A DNA stretch of 64,000 bases, from positions 63,922,001 through 63,986,000 of the forward strand of contig NC_043006.1 of the NCBI RefSeq assembly GCF_006345805.1, read 5' to 3'. This stretch comes from Octopus sinensis (Eukaryota). The notes beneath the pieces were generated by a model. The model did not search any database and had not been told where the DNA came from. It worked only from the letters and a program-made list of their open reading frames with translations. Of the stretch, positions 1-12,045 are shown in pieces. Numbering within the stretch: position 1 is the first letter of the stretch; each line of letters starts with the position of its first letter. Both the position numbers and the translations under genes were made by a program.

Positions 1-1740
1 CCACATGGTTCTGGGTTCAGTCCCACTGCTTGGCACCTTGGGCAAGTGTCTTCTATTATAGCTAAAGCCGTGTAAGCCGATTTGATAGACGGAAACTGAA
101 AGAAGGCCGTCGTTTGTGTGTGTGTCTTTACTGCTTGACAACTGGTGTTGTTTTGTTTACGTCCTCGTAACGTAGCGATTCGGCAAAATAGACTGATAGA
201 ATAAGTACCAGGCTTTTAAATAAAAACAAGTAGAGGGGTCGATTCGTTTCTACACTAGGCACAAGGCCCGAAATTTTGGGGGAGGGGGGCAAGTCGATTA
301 GATCGGCCCCCAGCATGGCTGCAGTCCAATGATTAAAGCCAAGTAAAAAATATAAGATGCTATATATAATGAGGAATTGAATTTGTGATTTCTTTCCCCC
401 TCAGAATCGTAACATCTGATGTTTAAAACAATGATCTGAATAAATTTTCAGCAAGAAACGGAATAGAACGTTGAAGGTACATGTTCTGATAGAACGTTTC
501 TCTTCCCAATGTTGTTAAACACTTAACTGGACAGACACAAAAAAAGTTCTGGCTTATTTTTAGTTCGGAAAAATAAGAAGTGGTGACGTTCATAACATTC
601 ATTTGTGCATAAATGAATTGAATCGATTGGAAATCTAACCTGTCTTGCGAATGCAATTAACCTGGAGATTTAACAACTAACCAAAAAAGAATTGGAATTG
701 GGCTGGTTACGAACGGAAGGGAACGAGAAAGCCAGCAGACAAGATTTCCAAAGGAAGAACTGTATCAAGCTAGATGAAAGACACGTACGCATAATGATAA
801 AGAATTTTTCACTCTGAAAACAATTTCGACTTCGGAGTCGCCATATTTCTCTTAGGTGAGGAAATGAGAGTACTCTTAGCCTTTCCAGTTCCCACTGTTA
901 CTTCCCGGCACCGTTTACGTCCTTTTCTCTGCATAGATAATACCCTATCTTTTAATCACGTGGTAAGGCAGTGTCCAGAACCCTTTTAAGGATTTTCAAG
1001 GATTGTGGGAGGAAAAGAGGAAGATAGCTTCAAACAGGAAACAGTTGAGTAAACTCCGTTAAAGGAACCCGAACTGTTAGGTACGGTAGCGATGTTAAAC
1101 CAACCGTAGCAGTATGGAGGTATGAACTGTAACAGCGCGTCACTGCATCCACCATTTATTGGGGATTCCTGACTACTCTTGTCTCTTGGCATGACACCTT
1201 TGCACCACTCGGGTGACAGCCTTCCAACCCATGGATCTGTTTGGGCAAATCCTACCTGAATCTCTTTTAGTCGCCTTTTACAAGTTATATTCTTTGACGT
1301 GCAGGGTTCCTACACAGAGCAATATGAAACGAAGTGTTTGCTCAAGAACACAACACACCGCCCGATCTTGGAATCGAAACCACGCTCTGACGATCTTGTG
1401 TGCAACATCCTGAGCACTAGGCCTCGCGCCTTAAACCAAGCCAAAGATTAAATCTACTACTGATGTAAGACAATCGTGAGATTTTATCCCCAAACTTTAA
1501 GAACCGGAATAAATACTGCAACGCATTCATCTTGAGGTTCCTACAGTTCTGCCCACCACTACACTCGATTGACAGTTTGTTTTTTTTTGGTGTGTGGGGG
1601 TTCTCGAAAGGATGAAAAGCATAGACGACCTTGGCAGAATTTGAACACAGAGCGCAGAGTGTCAAAACAGATTCCACAAGGCACTCTGTACCCAACAGTA
1701 ATGACTTCGCCAATTCACTATTGAATCAGAATAAATCCTT

Positions 1741-1968
1741 GATCAGAGACTTTCCATCTGTGATCCTCCTGTCTTAAACCAGTTGTTGTTCTTTAGCCCT
1801 CACCAGATCAAACCCTCGATCAGAGACTTTCCATCTGTGACCCTCCTGTCTTAAACCAGTTGTTGTTCTTTAGCCCTCACCCAGATCAAACCCTCGATCA
1901 GAGACTTTCCATCTGTGACCCTCCTGTCTTAAACCAGTTGTTGTTCTTTAGTCCTCACCCAGATCAAA
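1741..1968. repeat. Tandem repeat, 77-78 bp x about 3
   Basis: Units start at 1741, 1818 and 1896 (GATCAGAGACTTTCCATCTGTG...). Confidence 0.95.
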
Positions 1969-2195
1969 GGCCCTCCATCTGTGACGATCCTGACTGTGAT
2001 TTCAAAGGATATGTGTGTATATAGTGATTACATAATTCTATATATTTAAAAAATTCTTTTAGTTATTTCCACTACTGGAATTGCGGCCATGCTAGGATAA
2101 CGTGATTTCAGGAAGATTAGGTCAATCGATTTCTGGGAAAAGGTTCTTTCATATGTTGTTATAGTGGTGGGTGCCCCAGCCTAGGGCTAAATTAC

Positions 2196-2240
<45 letters not shown>

Positions 2241-2858
2241 TGTCAGATAACCTTGTACAGGAAGTATATTTTCTATGACTCAAACTTGACTACGTGACAG
2301 ATCTGTGATCACCATAAAATTTATTGTAAAGAGGTGGTGGTGGTTGCTACTGGATCAGGACAGGCTCATGATCAAAGACATTCGGGGCGTGACAATCCCG
2401 ATATTTCATTTGTACACAGTGTGTCCTAGGACTAAGATGGACTTACAGAATGGTGTGCTGGCAACAACTGTTTGTCCAGAGATGAGTTGCTAGGACATTT
2501 CGATAATCTCAATTGTGAAACATTCATGTTTCGATCCCTTGCCCGTCTGCATTTACAGTCTTGCTCCACCAAAGCAATTTCCATTTCTTTCTCTCTTTTA
2601 CTTTTCATCCTTAGACGAAGGAAAAGAGCTTTTAAACAAGTTTTTCATATTTCTCCTGATGTTTGAATTCACAGAATATGGGACGACATTATGTAATAAG
2701 TCCAGGCGTAGCTACAGATGCCTGCTGACTTTCTTTCATTTACTTGTTTCAGTCATAAGACAGCGGCCGTGCTGGGGCATTCTCGTAGAGTTTAGTCGAA
2801 CAAATCGACCCCAGTGATGAGGCGTACATGTACACACACACTCACAGACACAGACACA

Positions 2859-2898
<40 letters not shown>

Positions 2899-2929
2899 CT
2901 CTCTCTCTCTGTATATATATATTTTTTCT

Positions 2930-3108
2930 TTTATTTGTTTCAGTCATTTGACTGCGGCCATTCTGGAGCACCGCCTTTAGTCGAACAAATCGATCCCAGG
3001 ACTTATTCTTTGTAAGTCTAGTACTTATTTTATCGGTTTCTTTTGCCGAACCGCTATGTAAACACAGTCATAAATAACAAATACATACATACATACATAT
3101 ATATATAT

Positions 3109-3166
<58 letters not shown>

Positions 3167-3176
3167 TATATATATA

Positions 3177-3216
<40 letters not shown>

Positions 3217-3380
3217 GGGGGTTCTTTCAGTTTCCGTCTACCATATCCATCTACTCACAAGACTTTGGTCGGCCCGAGGCTACAGTAGAAGACACTTACC
3301 CACGGTGACACGTTGTGGGACCGAACCCAGAAACATGCGGTTGGTAAGCAAGCTTCCTTCCACACAGCCACTCCTGCGCC
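2930..3380 (-). mobile_element. Most abundant SINE family (bipartite with internal microsatellite); many copies, e.g. 1-330, 13200-13560, 22768-23115, 30247-30627, 45345-45685, 63020-63280
   Basis: Head TGGCTGTGTGG...GGTTCAGTCCC, body GGAAACTGAAAGAAGCCC, then (TA)/(TG)n, then ATAAGTACTAGGC...GACTGAAACAAGTAAAAGA. Confidence 0.85.
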
Positions 3381-3381
3381 T

Positions 3382-3382
3382 A

Positions 3383-3421
<39 letters not shown>

Positions 3422-3479
3422 ATATATATATTAATATATATATATATATATATATGTGTGTGTATATAATATATATATA

Positions 3480-3510
<31 letters not shown>

Positions 3511-3672
3511 GTGTGTGTATATGCATATTATATATGTGTATATGCATATATATATATGTATATGCATATATATATATATGTATATGCATATATATATATA
3601 TGTATATGCATATATATATATATGCATATATATATATACATATATATATATATTATATATATATGTATATGC

Positions 3673-3728
<56 letters not shown>

Positions 3729-4333
3729 ATGTATATGCATATATATATATATGTATATGCATATATATATATATGTATATGCATATATATATATATGTAT
3801 ATGCATATATATATATATGTATATATATATATATGTATATGCATATTATATATATATGCATATATATATATGTATATGCATATATATATATGTATATGCA
3901 TATATATATATGTATATGCATATGTATATATATGTATATGCATATGTATATATATGTATATGCATATGTATATATATGTATATGCATATGTATATATATG
4001 TATATGCATATGTATATATATGTATATGCATATGTATATATATGTATATGCATATGTATATATATGTATATGCATATATATATATATATATGCATATGTA
4101 TATATATGTATATGCATATATATATATATGTATATGCATATATATTATATATTATATATATATATGTATGTATATGTATATGCATATATATATATATATA
4201 TATATGTTATGTATATGCATATATATATATATATATATGTATATGTATATGCATATATATATATATATGTATATGTATATGCATATATATATATATATAT
4301 AATATATATATATATGTGTATATGTATATGCAT

Positions 4334-4366
<33 letters not shown>

Positions 4367-4382
4367 GTGTATATGTATATGC

Positions 4383-4431
<49 letters not shown>

Positions 4432-4450
4432 ATATGCATATATATATATG
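3382..4450. repeat. Compound (TA)n/TATGCA microsatellite
   Basis: Direct reading; source of the spurious YI-rich ORFs. Confidence 0.98.
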
Positions 4451-4451
4451 A

Positions 4452-5122
4452 TACTTACTTTGATAGGTTTCGGCCATTATTGGCCCAGGCCATGTCTAAC
4501 TTAATAGCACCACCTGGTGAAGTCTTTCAAGTCAGAATTTGGGCACTATGGCCCACTCAAGTAGAGAGTTATTGTTTACAGAGACATATCCGGGTGTAGG
4601 GGGTTTATCCGGGATTTCTTGAAGGAATCTGTCCAAAGACTTCTTGAACCCTATAGAGTCAGTTTCTGTTTTAATGTGTTTTGGTGTAATGTTAAAGAGA
4701 GCGGGGCCAATTGAGGTGAAATAATTGTGCCGTATTGTTGTTATGAGATGAGAGTGCGATTTTTGTTTTGGGCGGATGGCACGGGGCCCAAGCCTTGGAT
4801 GTACCTTAAAGGTGATGCCAACATCATTTGGGCAATGCTGATGGAAATTTTCCACATCATGCAGATGATGTAGCGCTCACGACGACGTTGGAGAGAATAG
4901 AGTTTTAGCTTTTCTAGTCGACCCCAATAGTCGAGGCCTGTCATGCCATCTATCTTTTTTGTGATTGCCCTTTGAGGTGCTTCAACTTTTATGATACCTT
5001 GTATTGTGTGGGGAGACCACAGTGGACAACAGTATTCAAGGTGGGGTCGGGCAAAAGTGGAGAAGAGAAGGATAATGGTGTGGATATCTCTCGACTGGAA
5101 AGTTCTGAGAATCCAGGAACAC
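4452..5122 (-). mobile_element. 5'-truncated CR1/L2-like LINE (RT C-terminus and 3' end), frameshifted
   Basis: [13 protein letters not shown]...QRAITKKIDG...YWGRLEKLKLYSLQRRRER, then a 1-nt frameshift near 4850 into ...FKKSLDRFLQEIPDKP. Confidence 0.85.
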
Positions 5123-5298
5123 ATATATGTATATGTATATGCATATATATGTGTGTATATGCATATATATATATGTATATGTATTGCATATATATATAAT
5201 ATATATTATATATATATATGCATATATATATATGTATATGTTATGCATATATATATATATATATAATATATATATGCATATATATATGTATATGTATA

Positions 5299-5343
<45 letters not shown>

Positions 5344-5595
5344 TGTATATGCATATATATATATATGTGTGTGTATATGCATATATATATATTATATAAT
5401 GCATATATATATATATATGTATGTATATGCATATATATAATATATATATATATATATGTATGTATATGCATATATATATATATAATATATATATAATATA
5501 TATGCATATATATATATATATATGTATAGCATATATATATATATGTATATGCATATAATATATATATATAATATAATATATGTATATGTATATGC

Positions 5596-5634
<39 letters not shown>

Positions 5635-5635
5635 A

Positions 5636-5670
<35 letters not shown>

Positions 5671-5967
5671 ATGTATATGCATATTATATATATATATATA
5701 TTATATATATATATAATATAATATATTATATGCATATATATATATATATATATATATGCATATGTATATATTGTATATGTATATGCATATTATATATATA
5801 TATGCATATGTATATATTGTATATGCATATATATATAATATATATATATGTATATGCATATATATATATATATATATATATGCATTATATATAATATATA
5901 TATGTATATGCATATATATATATAATATATATATATATTATATATGTATATGCATATATTATATATA
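5123..5967. repeat. Compound (TA)n/TATGCA microsatellite
   Basis: Direct reading. Confidence 0.98.
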
Positions 5968-6295
5968 TATGTGTGAGGGCGCGTGGCTTAGTGGTTAGGG
6001 CATTCGGCTCATGATCGTAAGGTTGTGAGTTCGATTCCCGGCGACGCGTTGTGTCCTTGAGCAAGACACTTTATTTCACGTTGCTCCAGTCCACTCAGCT
6101 GGCAAAAATGAGTTGTACTTGTATTTCAAAGGGTCAGCCTCGTCATTCTCTGTGTCACGCTGATTATCCCCGAGAACTACGTTAAGGGTACACGTGTCTG
6201 TGGAATGCTCAGCCATTTGCACGTTAATTTCACGAGTAAGCTGTTCCGTTGATCGTATCAGCTGGGACCCTCGTCGTCGTAACCGGCGGAGTCTT
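5968..6295 (+). mobile_element. tRNA-headed SINE, well-preserved copy (relatives at 1290-1425 -, 34945-35125 +, 41258-41920 +)
   Basis: A box TGGCTTAGTGG, B box GTTCGATTCC, body GTGTCCTTGAGCAAGACAC; CpGs retained. Confidence 0.85.
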
Positions 6296-6422
6296 TTTAA
6301 ATATATATATATATATATATATATAACGGGAAGCTTTATGAAAATAAACAAAAGACGAAGGCAGGTGGAATACAAACAAACAATTGTATTAGTATGGCGC
6401 TCAGGAATATAAATAAAACAAG

Positions 6423-6460
6423 TCTTTTACGTTTCGAGCCTACGCTCTTCAACAGAAAGA
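6423..6460 (-). ncRNA. Second minimal hammerhead-like motif in an unrelated repeat
   Basis: Minus strand TCTTT-CTGTTGA-A-GAGC-gtag-GCTC-GAAA-CG-T-A-AAAGA, with perfect stems I and II. The core has T at the normally invariant A6. Confidence 0.5.
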
Positions 6461-8549
6461 TACACAGAAAAGAAACACAGAAAGAAACAAGGAGAGAAAA
6501 AAAATGCGTGCAGAAGCTAGCGAATCAACATATATATACATCACTTGACGTTCATGTTCCATACTGGCATAGTTTGGACGGTTTGACAAGGGTCCGACGA
6601 ATCCAAGGACTGCAGTGTCGTACTCCAGTCGTCTGCTTCAGCATATTCTCTATGGCTGGATGTCCTTCCTAACACCAACCACTTTGCAAATGTGCTGTAT
6701 GCTTTTTAGTTATGTATGTGTGGCCATCACTATCGAGGTCGCCTTGCAGCCTACAAGTCTATGAATGCTGAGGAGATGGGGGGTATGTCTTTATGTTAGA
6801 AGGGGATTAAAGATGAGAGATGAGGTTGGGGAGAGGAACTAGATGGCTACCTGCATTTAGGGGAGAGAGCTCATCATCATTAGCTACCTCCAAAGAGGTA
6901 GCTAATGGTGATGAGGAGTTCAGGTGATACCAGAAGGCACGAGGTGAGAAGTAGTGAGTGGAGACAGAGAAGCGAAAAGTTTGTGAGGGTGGGAATTAGT
7001 ATGAGTGCAAGGTGGGGGGAAGAGATTTGGGAAATGGTGGAGAAAGAGGTGGGTAACATCTGTAAAGATTGAGAAATGTTTGGGGGGATGGACATGGAGT
7101 GGGAGGTTCACCAGTTGGGGAAGGGAAGGGGATGCTCGCAGCAGGGTAGTAATGATGATACAGTGTGAGAAATGACCCTCGCGGGTTGGAGCGGCTGCTG
7201 CAATGTGCGCTGCTGACCATTCTCCGTGGCAACGCCACCACGGTCATGTCCGCAGGGCGCGACTGAACATACCATTTGTTCTGGGGTATACTCCCCATCT
7301 CTCATCTTCTGCTGCTTAATCCTTCTCCCTTTTTTCATCCTCCACCCCTCAATAAAATTCGTGCAAAGCTTATATTTTTGTGGGTATTTTCTCCAACTTT
7401 TATTTATATTTTTTACTATTTTAAGCGCAGGCGTGACTGTGGGGTAAGAAGCTTGCTTCCCAGCCACATGGCTCCGGGTTCAGTCCCACTGCATGGCAAC
7501 TTGGGGGAAGTGTCTTCTACTACAGCTTCGAGCCGACCAAAGCCTGATGCATGGATGTGTGTGTGTGTCTTTGTGTCTGCCTTCGTTCCCTTCCCCCCTT
7601 TGACAACCGATGTTGGTCCCCCGTAACTTAGCCGTCCGGCAAGAGATCGATAGAATAAGTACGAGGTTTTAATAAAAATGGGATCGATTCATTGGTCAGT
7701 TTACTTCCGCAATCCTCCTCCCTATTGCTCCTTACAGACCCACCCACCCACTATTTTTTTCCCTTTCGTTTCTCTAATCTTTCTCTACCACCCTTACGGT
7801 TAACCCTCTCTCTTTCTTCTTTATAATTTCACAATCACAACAGAACATATTTCCTCATTTCCTTCCCTCTGTATTTTCTCTCTACTCCTCTTCACTCAAA
7901 CTAACTCCCCTCTTGTTGTGTTCTTTTTCGTCTCTTCTCTCCCTCATTTTCCTATAATCTGCAAATAAAGAAAAAAAATCGATGTCTTTCCTTCTCTTCT
8001 TCCCACAAAATTTCTCTCTATATACGTATCATCTCTCTTTCTCTTTGCCTTTCTTTGTAAGTTTTTTCCTCTCTTTATTCTCTTGTACTTCTCTATGCAA
8101 CCCCTGCCTCCACTTTACTGCTTCTTTCTCTCTTTCTTTGGTGATTTTATTCGCCTTTTCTTTCGCCCTTCCTCCCACCCTTCCTCCTTTAATTCTGTCA
8201 ATAGAACAGAAAGTGTTCCCCCCTGTTTATTCTACTTCTATTTCTTTCTACTTCCCTTCATTCACTCTACTCTTTTCTTTCTTTTCTTTTCTTCCTCCGT
8301 CTCCTTCATCTTCCTATAAGTCTGCCAGCAAAACAGGAAGTTTTCCCTCTCTTTCTTCCTTCTGTATTTCTCTCAATCTCCTTTTACACAATCTACTCTC
8401 TTCATTAACTCATTCAACAATTCTCGACCGGGGCCACTTCTGAAATATTTAATCACACCAGCTGAAACCGTCATAGCAACAGTATCACCAATAACAACTA
8501 TGTCGTAAGAGATTAAATAACATTAAAAAATATCATTCGTTATATATAT

Positions 8550-8597
<48 letters not shown>

Positions 8598-9389
8598 AAT
8601 ACCCTTGTTTTTAAAGATCTGTTCAATCCCTAATTTGTCGTATAATCTCCTTTTCCAAACAAGCGTAAGAGGTTCTGAACATCATATATGAATTGATGGC
8701 AGAGTTTTGGAATAGTTGTCCGTGTCTTAGTGAATTTTAATGAATTGTTAACGGTGTTTTGAATCGGTGCAGAGGATTGATATTTATTGGGACGGGAGAC
8801 AAACGAAGATATGACGATCTTGTGTTTCTTTCTTAAATAAAAAGGAAACGGCTCTGACTGGGAATTGAAACCTAGCTTTACCACTTGCTTCCTCTTTAGT
8901 GTTCTTTTCATTTTTGTTTTATCAATGTCACATTACCGAAGACTGGGTTTTGGAATTTGATTGCGTTTCATGCCAAGTAATAATGTCAGTGTTATCCCCA
9001 TCGCCCACCTAGGTCTTTTAACTCTAGTGAGACTTCACCGTGGGTTAGGGACACCCCCTTTTTTTTTCTTTTTCATGAAGATGATAAATGAAAATGGTCA
9101 AGCGTCGTCACCAATCACTTTGCTATATTAATGTAAATTTTAACTAAGAACTTACTTTTCGTGAGTTACAAAGAAACCGGTTTCTTTTAGGAAGGAAACG
9201 ATGAAGATGTCAGTATAGTTTATAAGTTGTACTATTTGCGGTGATGATTGTACTTAATAGTAAATAATATTTACACATTGACAAAGACGGGATTTCTTGA
9301 GCTGATCGCTCTACATTCCTGCAGACAATAATTTCCTTTCTCTGAAGTTTGGTTTGTAGGTTAATTATTATTATTTTCTCTTCTTTAAG

Positions 9390-10700
9390 GCCCAGATATG
9401 AAGAAAGATTGCAAATAAAAGATGCGAACTGTCTGAAGACAATCGATCTACTAAAATATTTGACTGGTAATTATGTTTCTGAACTTTTTCACCCGACACA
9501 AGTGGGAGAATGAAAACCAAGATTCACTTTCGCCTCGTGCTCATTTTTTTTTAAAAAAAGGAACCTGTCCGACGACGTAGAACTCGTTCACCCTTTTACA
9601 GTGCCTGAATATATCTCGTTCTATGAATCTCACTTCGATTTTAATCACATTGAACTTTGTCGTGGATAAATGCCTGAGTTAACGAAGAACGCTGAATCTA
9701 TTCTGAACCTTTAAGGAAGTTTATAGTGAATCCTTATATCGGATTAATTTTTCCTCATAAAAGCAAACATTTTACTTAACCTCACCACACACGCTGATGC
9801 AAACATTTACTTTCTACGGATAGATTTTGCCATGACTCGAAGGACGATTTCTGCATACAATAATGTAAGTTCAATCCCAGCAATGGTAAGTTAACTTTTT
9901 ACTGTCAGATTCTTCTTCTTCTTCTTCTTCTTCTTCTTCTTCTTCTTTCTTCTTCTTCTTCTCCTCCCCCCCCTTCTTCTTCTTCTTCTTCTTCTTCTAT
10001 CAATTCTGAAAAAGCTGCTTTTTTCGAGTTTATTACAGACATGGCCGTGTGGTTAAGAAGTTTGCTTCATAACCACATGGTTTCGGGTTCAGTTCCAATG
10101 CACAACATCTCAGGCAAGTATCTTCTACTATTGCCCTGGCTTAACCAATGCTGACCACAGAAACTCTGTGGGAGCCTGTCGTATATGTGCGTATGTATGT
10201 GTGTGTGTTTTCCACTGCCACTTGATAATTGATGATGGTTTGTTTACTTCCCTGTAACTGAATGGTTTGGCAAGAGAGAGAGAGAGCAATAAAATAAGCG
10301 CCAGACTTACAAAGAAGTATGGGATGAATTTGTTTGACTAAACCATCCTAGGTTGTGACCCAACATGACCATAGTTGAATGAAAATAACAAAGAAAAATA
10401 TATAAAATGGTAGGTGTATACATCTATTTTAAGTTGAACCAAACTGAGAATCTATCAAATGTTTCACAGATCTTAACTGTACTGCAGATTCTACTTTTCC
10501 TTGTACTACACTAACTTCAGTTTTTCCTTTTTTATTTTAACCATTTCATTCCTGTAGAAATAAATTGGTAACTTTTCCATTTTCTCTTTTTTTTTTTTGA
10601 CAGCCAACAGCTTTTAGAAGAAATGCATAACATTTATGTGGTTCCAGTGAATAACAGCTTAACAAAATGGAAAATTGTCCTTGGCTTGCAAATGATTTGA
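9390..10700 (+). other. Candidate upstream (5' UTR/uORF) exons 9390-9466, 9824-9864 and 10604 or 10611 onward
   Basis: Splice signals: TTCTTTAAG|...ACTG|GTAATT; GATAG|...AAT|GTAAGT; T-rich tract GACAG|CCAACAG|. The region retains CpG. Linkage to INTU is inferred only. Confidence 0.35.
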
Positions 10701-11584
10701 TCTGAGACTGTGCTGAAATTAAAGCAATTGCAATGTGGATGATATATATTAACCATTCTTAACCATACGTGATGACAGAAAATAGAAAATGAATGAAGAA
10801 AAAATAGGGGTTACTTTTGATAATAACAAATTTGGAAATTGAATTATTGGAATTTCAGTGACCAAGAAATAACTAAGAAAAGGAAATTTACTGAAAGTTT
10901 AAGTGGTGAGAAAAAAGTTATGAAATCATCATGTAAGAAAGAGAAATTTGTTGAAATTTAAGTTGTTGTGAAATAATGCAATATTTAAATAGCCATATCC
11001 AGCCCAAATATTTTACCTGTTTTATGTTCAAACAGACCAGATCTGCCTCTCACACCTGTCATACAATGTCATTCTAAAAATGAATATCTAAAAATAAACA
11101 TCAATGTTTCAATCACATCATTGAAGTCTCAAAGCTACGAGATGATGCATTGTTTATTCAAAATAATGTGAATAAATAAGCTTTGTATTTGACAGAGTAA
11201 TCTGAATACCAAAGAGTTAAACCATTGATAAAGCCAATCAAAAAAAAAAAAAAAGAAAAAACAATGGTCTCATCAGAAATCAGCAGTAAATTATATTGAT
11301 TCTCCATCAATTATTTCAATTCAGGAAAATCAACAGATGTGTTTGACTTCTAATTGCTTCATTTACCTATTTCTCCTCAACCTCCAATATTTTGTGCAGG
11401 AATATACTGTAAACAGTGTAACAGAGTTTGTTAGACATTAAGATAAGATAAATTGGATACTATTATACCAAATGAGTGCCACATATAATAAACCGTTTTC
11501 ATATCAACCCACCTGAGACCAGTTTAAAGTGATCTAAATTAAAACCCTTCATCATTTTAATTTATGTTCCAAACGTCAGATTAA

Positions 11585-12045
11585 CCCTTTCGTTACTGTA
11601 TTTATTTTGGGATGCTCTGTGTTTCTTTCAATTGATTTTAAATACAACAAAGAATTTGGTAAAATATCTTAGTTATCATTAAACTGGTGTTAGGAACATA
11701 AATTGTGACTGAGGTTTGGTGGAAGATTTTAATTAAAAACTTATGAAAACAAGACATTTGTATTCAAAGCCTGAGCCGGTTTCAGCCAGGTTGGTATTGA
11801 AAGGGTTAAATTAATCATTTGTTAATCCTTTTGTTACTATATTTCTGTTGAGATGCTCTGTGTTTCTTTCAATTAATTTAAATATAACAAAGAATTTAGT
11901 AAAATAACTTTGTTATCATTAAGCTTGTGTTAGGAATATAAATTGAGATTAAGGTTTCATGGAAGATTTTAATACAGAACTTATGGAAACAAGACATCTG
12001 TACTCAGAGCCAGAGGCAGTTTCAGCCAGGTTGGTATCGAAAGGG
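11585..12045. mobile_element. Tandem pair of about 220-bp TTAA-flanked MITEs (piggyBac-type termini)
   Basis: TTAA-CCCTTT...AAAGGG-TTAA units at 11585-11805 and 11826-12045. Confidence 0.75.

Noticed and set aside
1417-1713. 98-aa minus ORF as a transposase fragment
   Set aside because: No motif I can confidently assign.
3313-5998. Many long Tyr/Ile/Met/Cys-rich ORFs (up to 331 aa)
   Set aside because: These are translations of (TA)n/TATGCA microsatellites, which lack stops in several frames.
5968-6045. tRNA gene (A and B boxes, CAT anticodon-like loop)
   Set aside because: No complete acceptor stem, and it continues into a repeated SINE body. The same applies to the heads at 32763 and 49290.
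7982-8443. 153-aa Phe/Ser/Leu-rich ORF resembling a membrane protein
   Set aside because: It comes from a CT-rich low-complexity tract with no recognisable motif or splice structure.
8630-8911. 93-aa minus-strand ORF (MKRTLKRKQ...) near the putative promoter
   Set aside because: No recognisable homology, an in-frame stop 8 codons upstream, and a length compatible with chance. It would need expression evidence.
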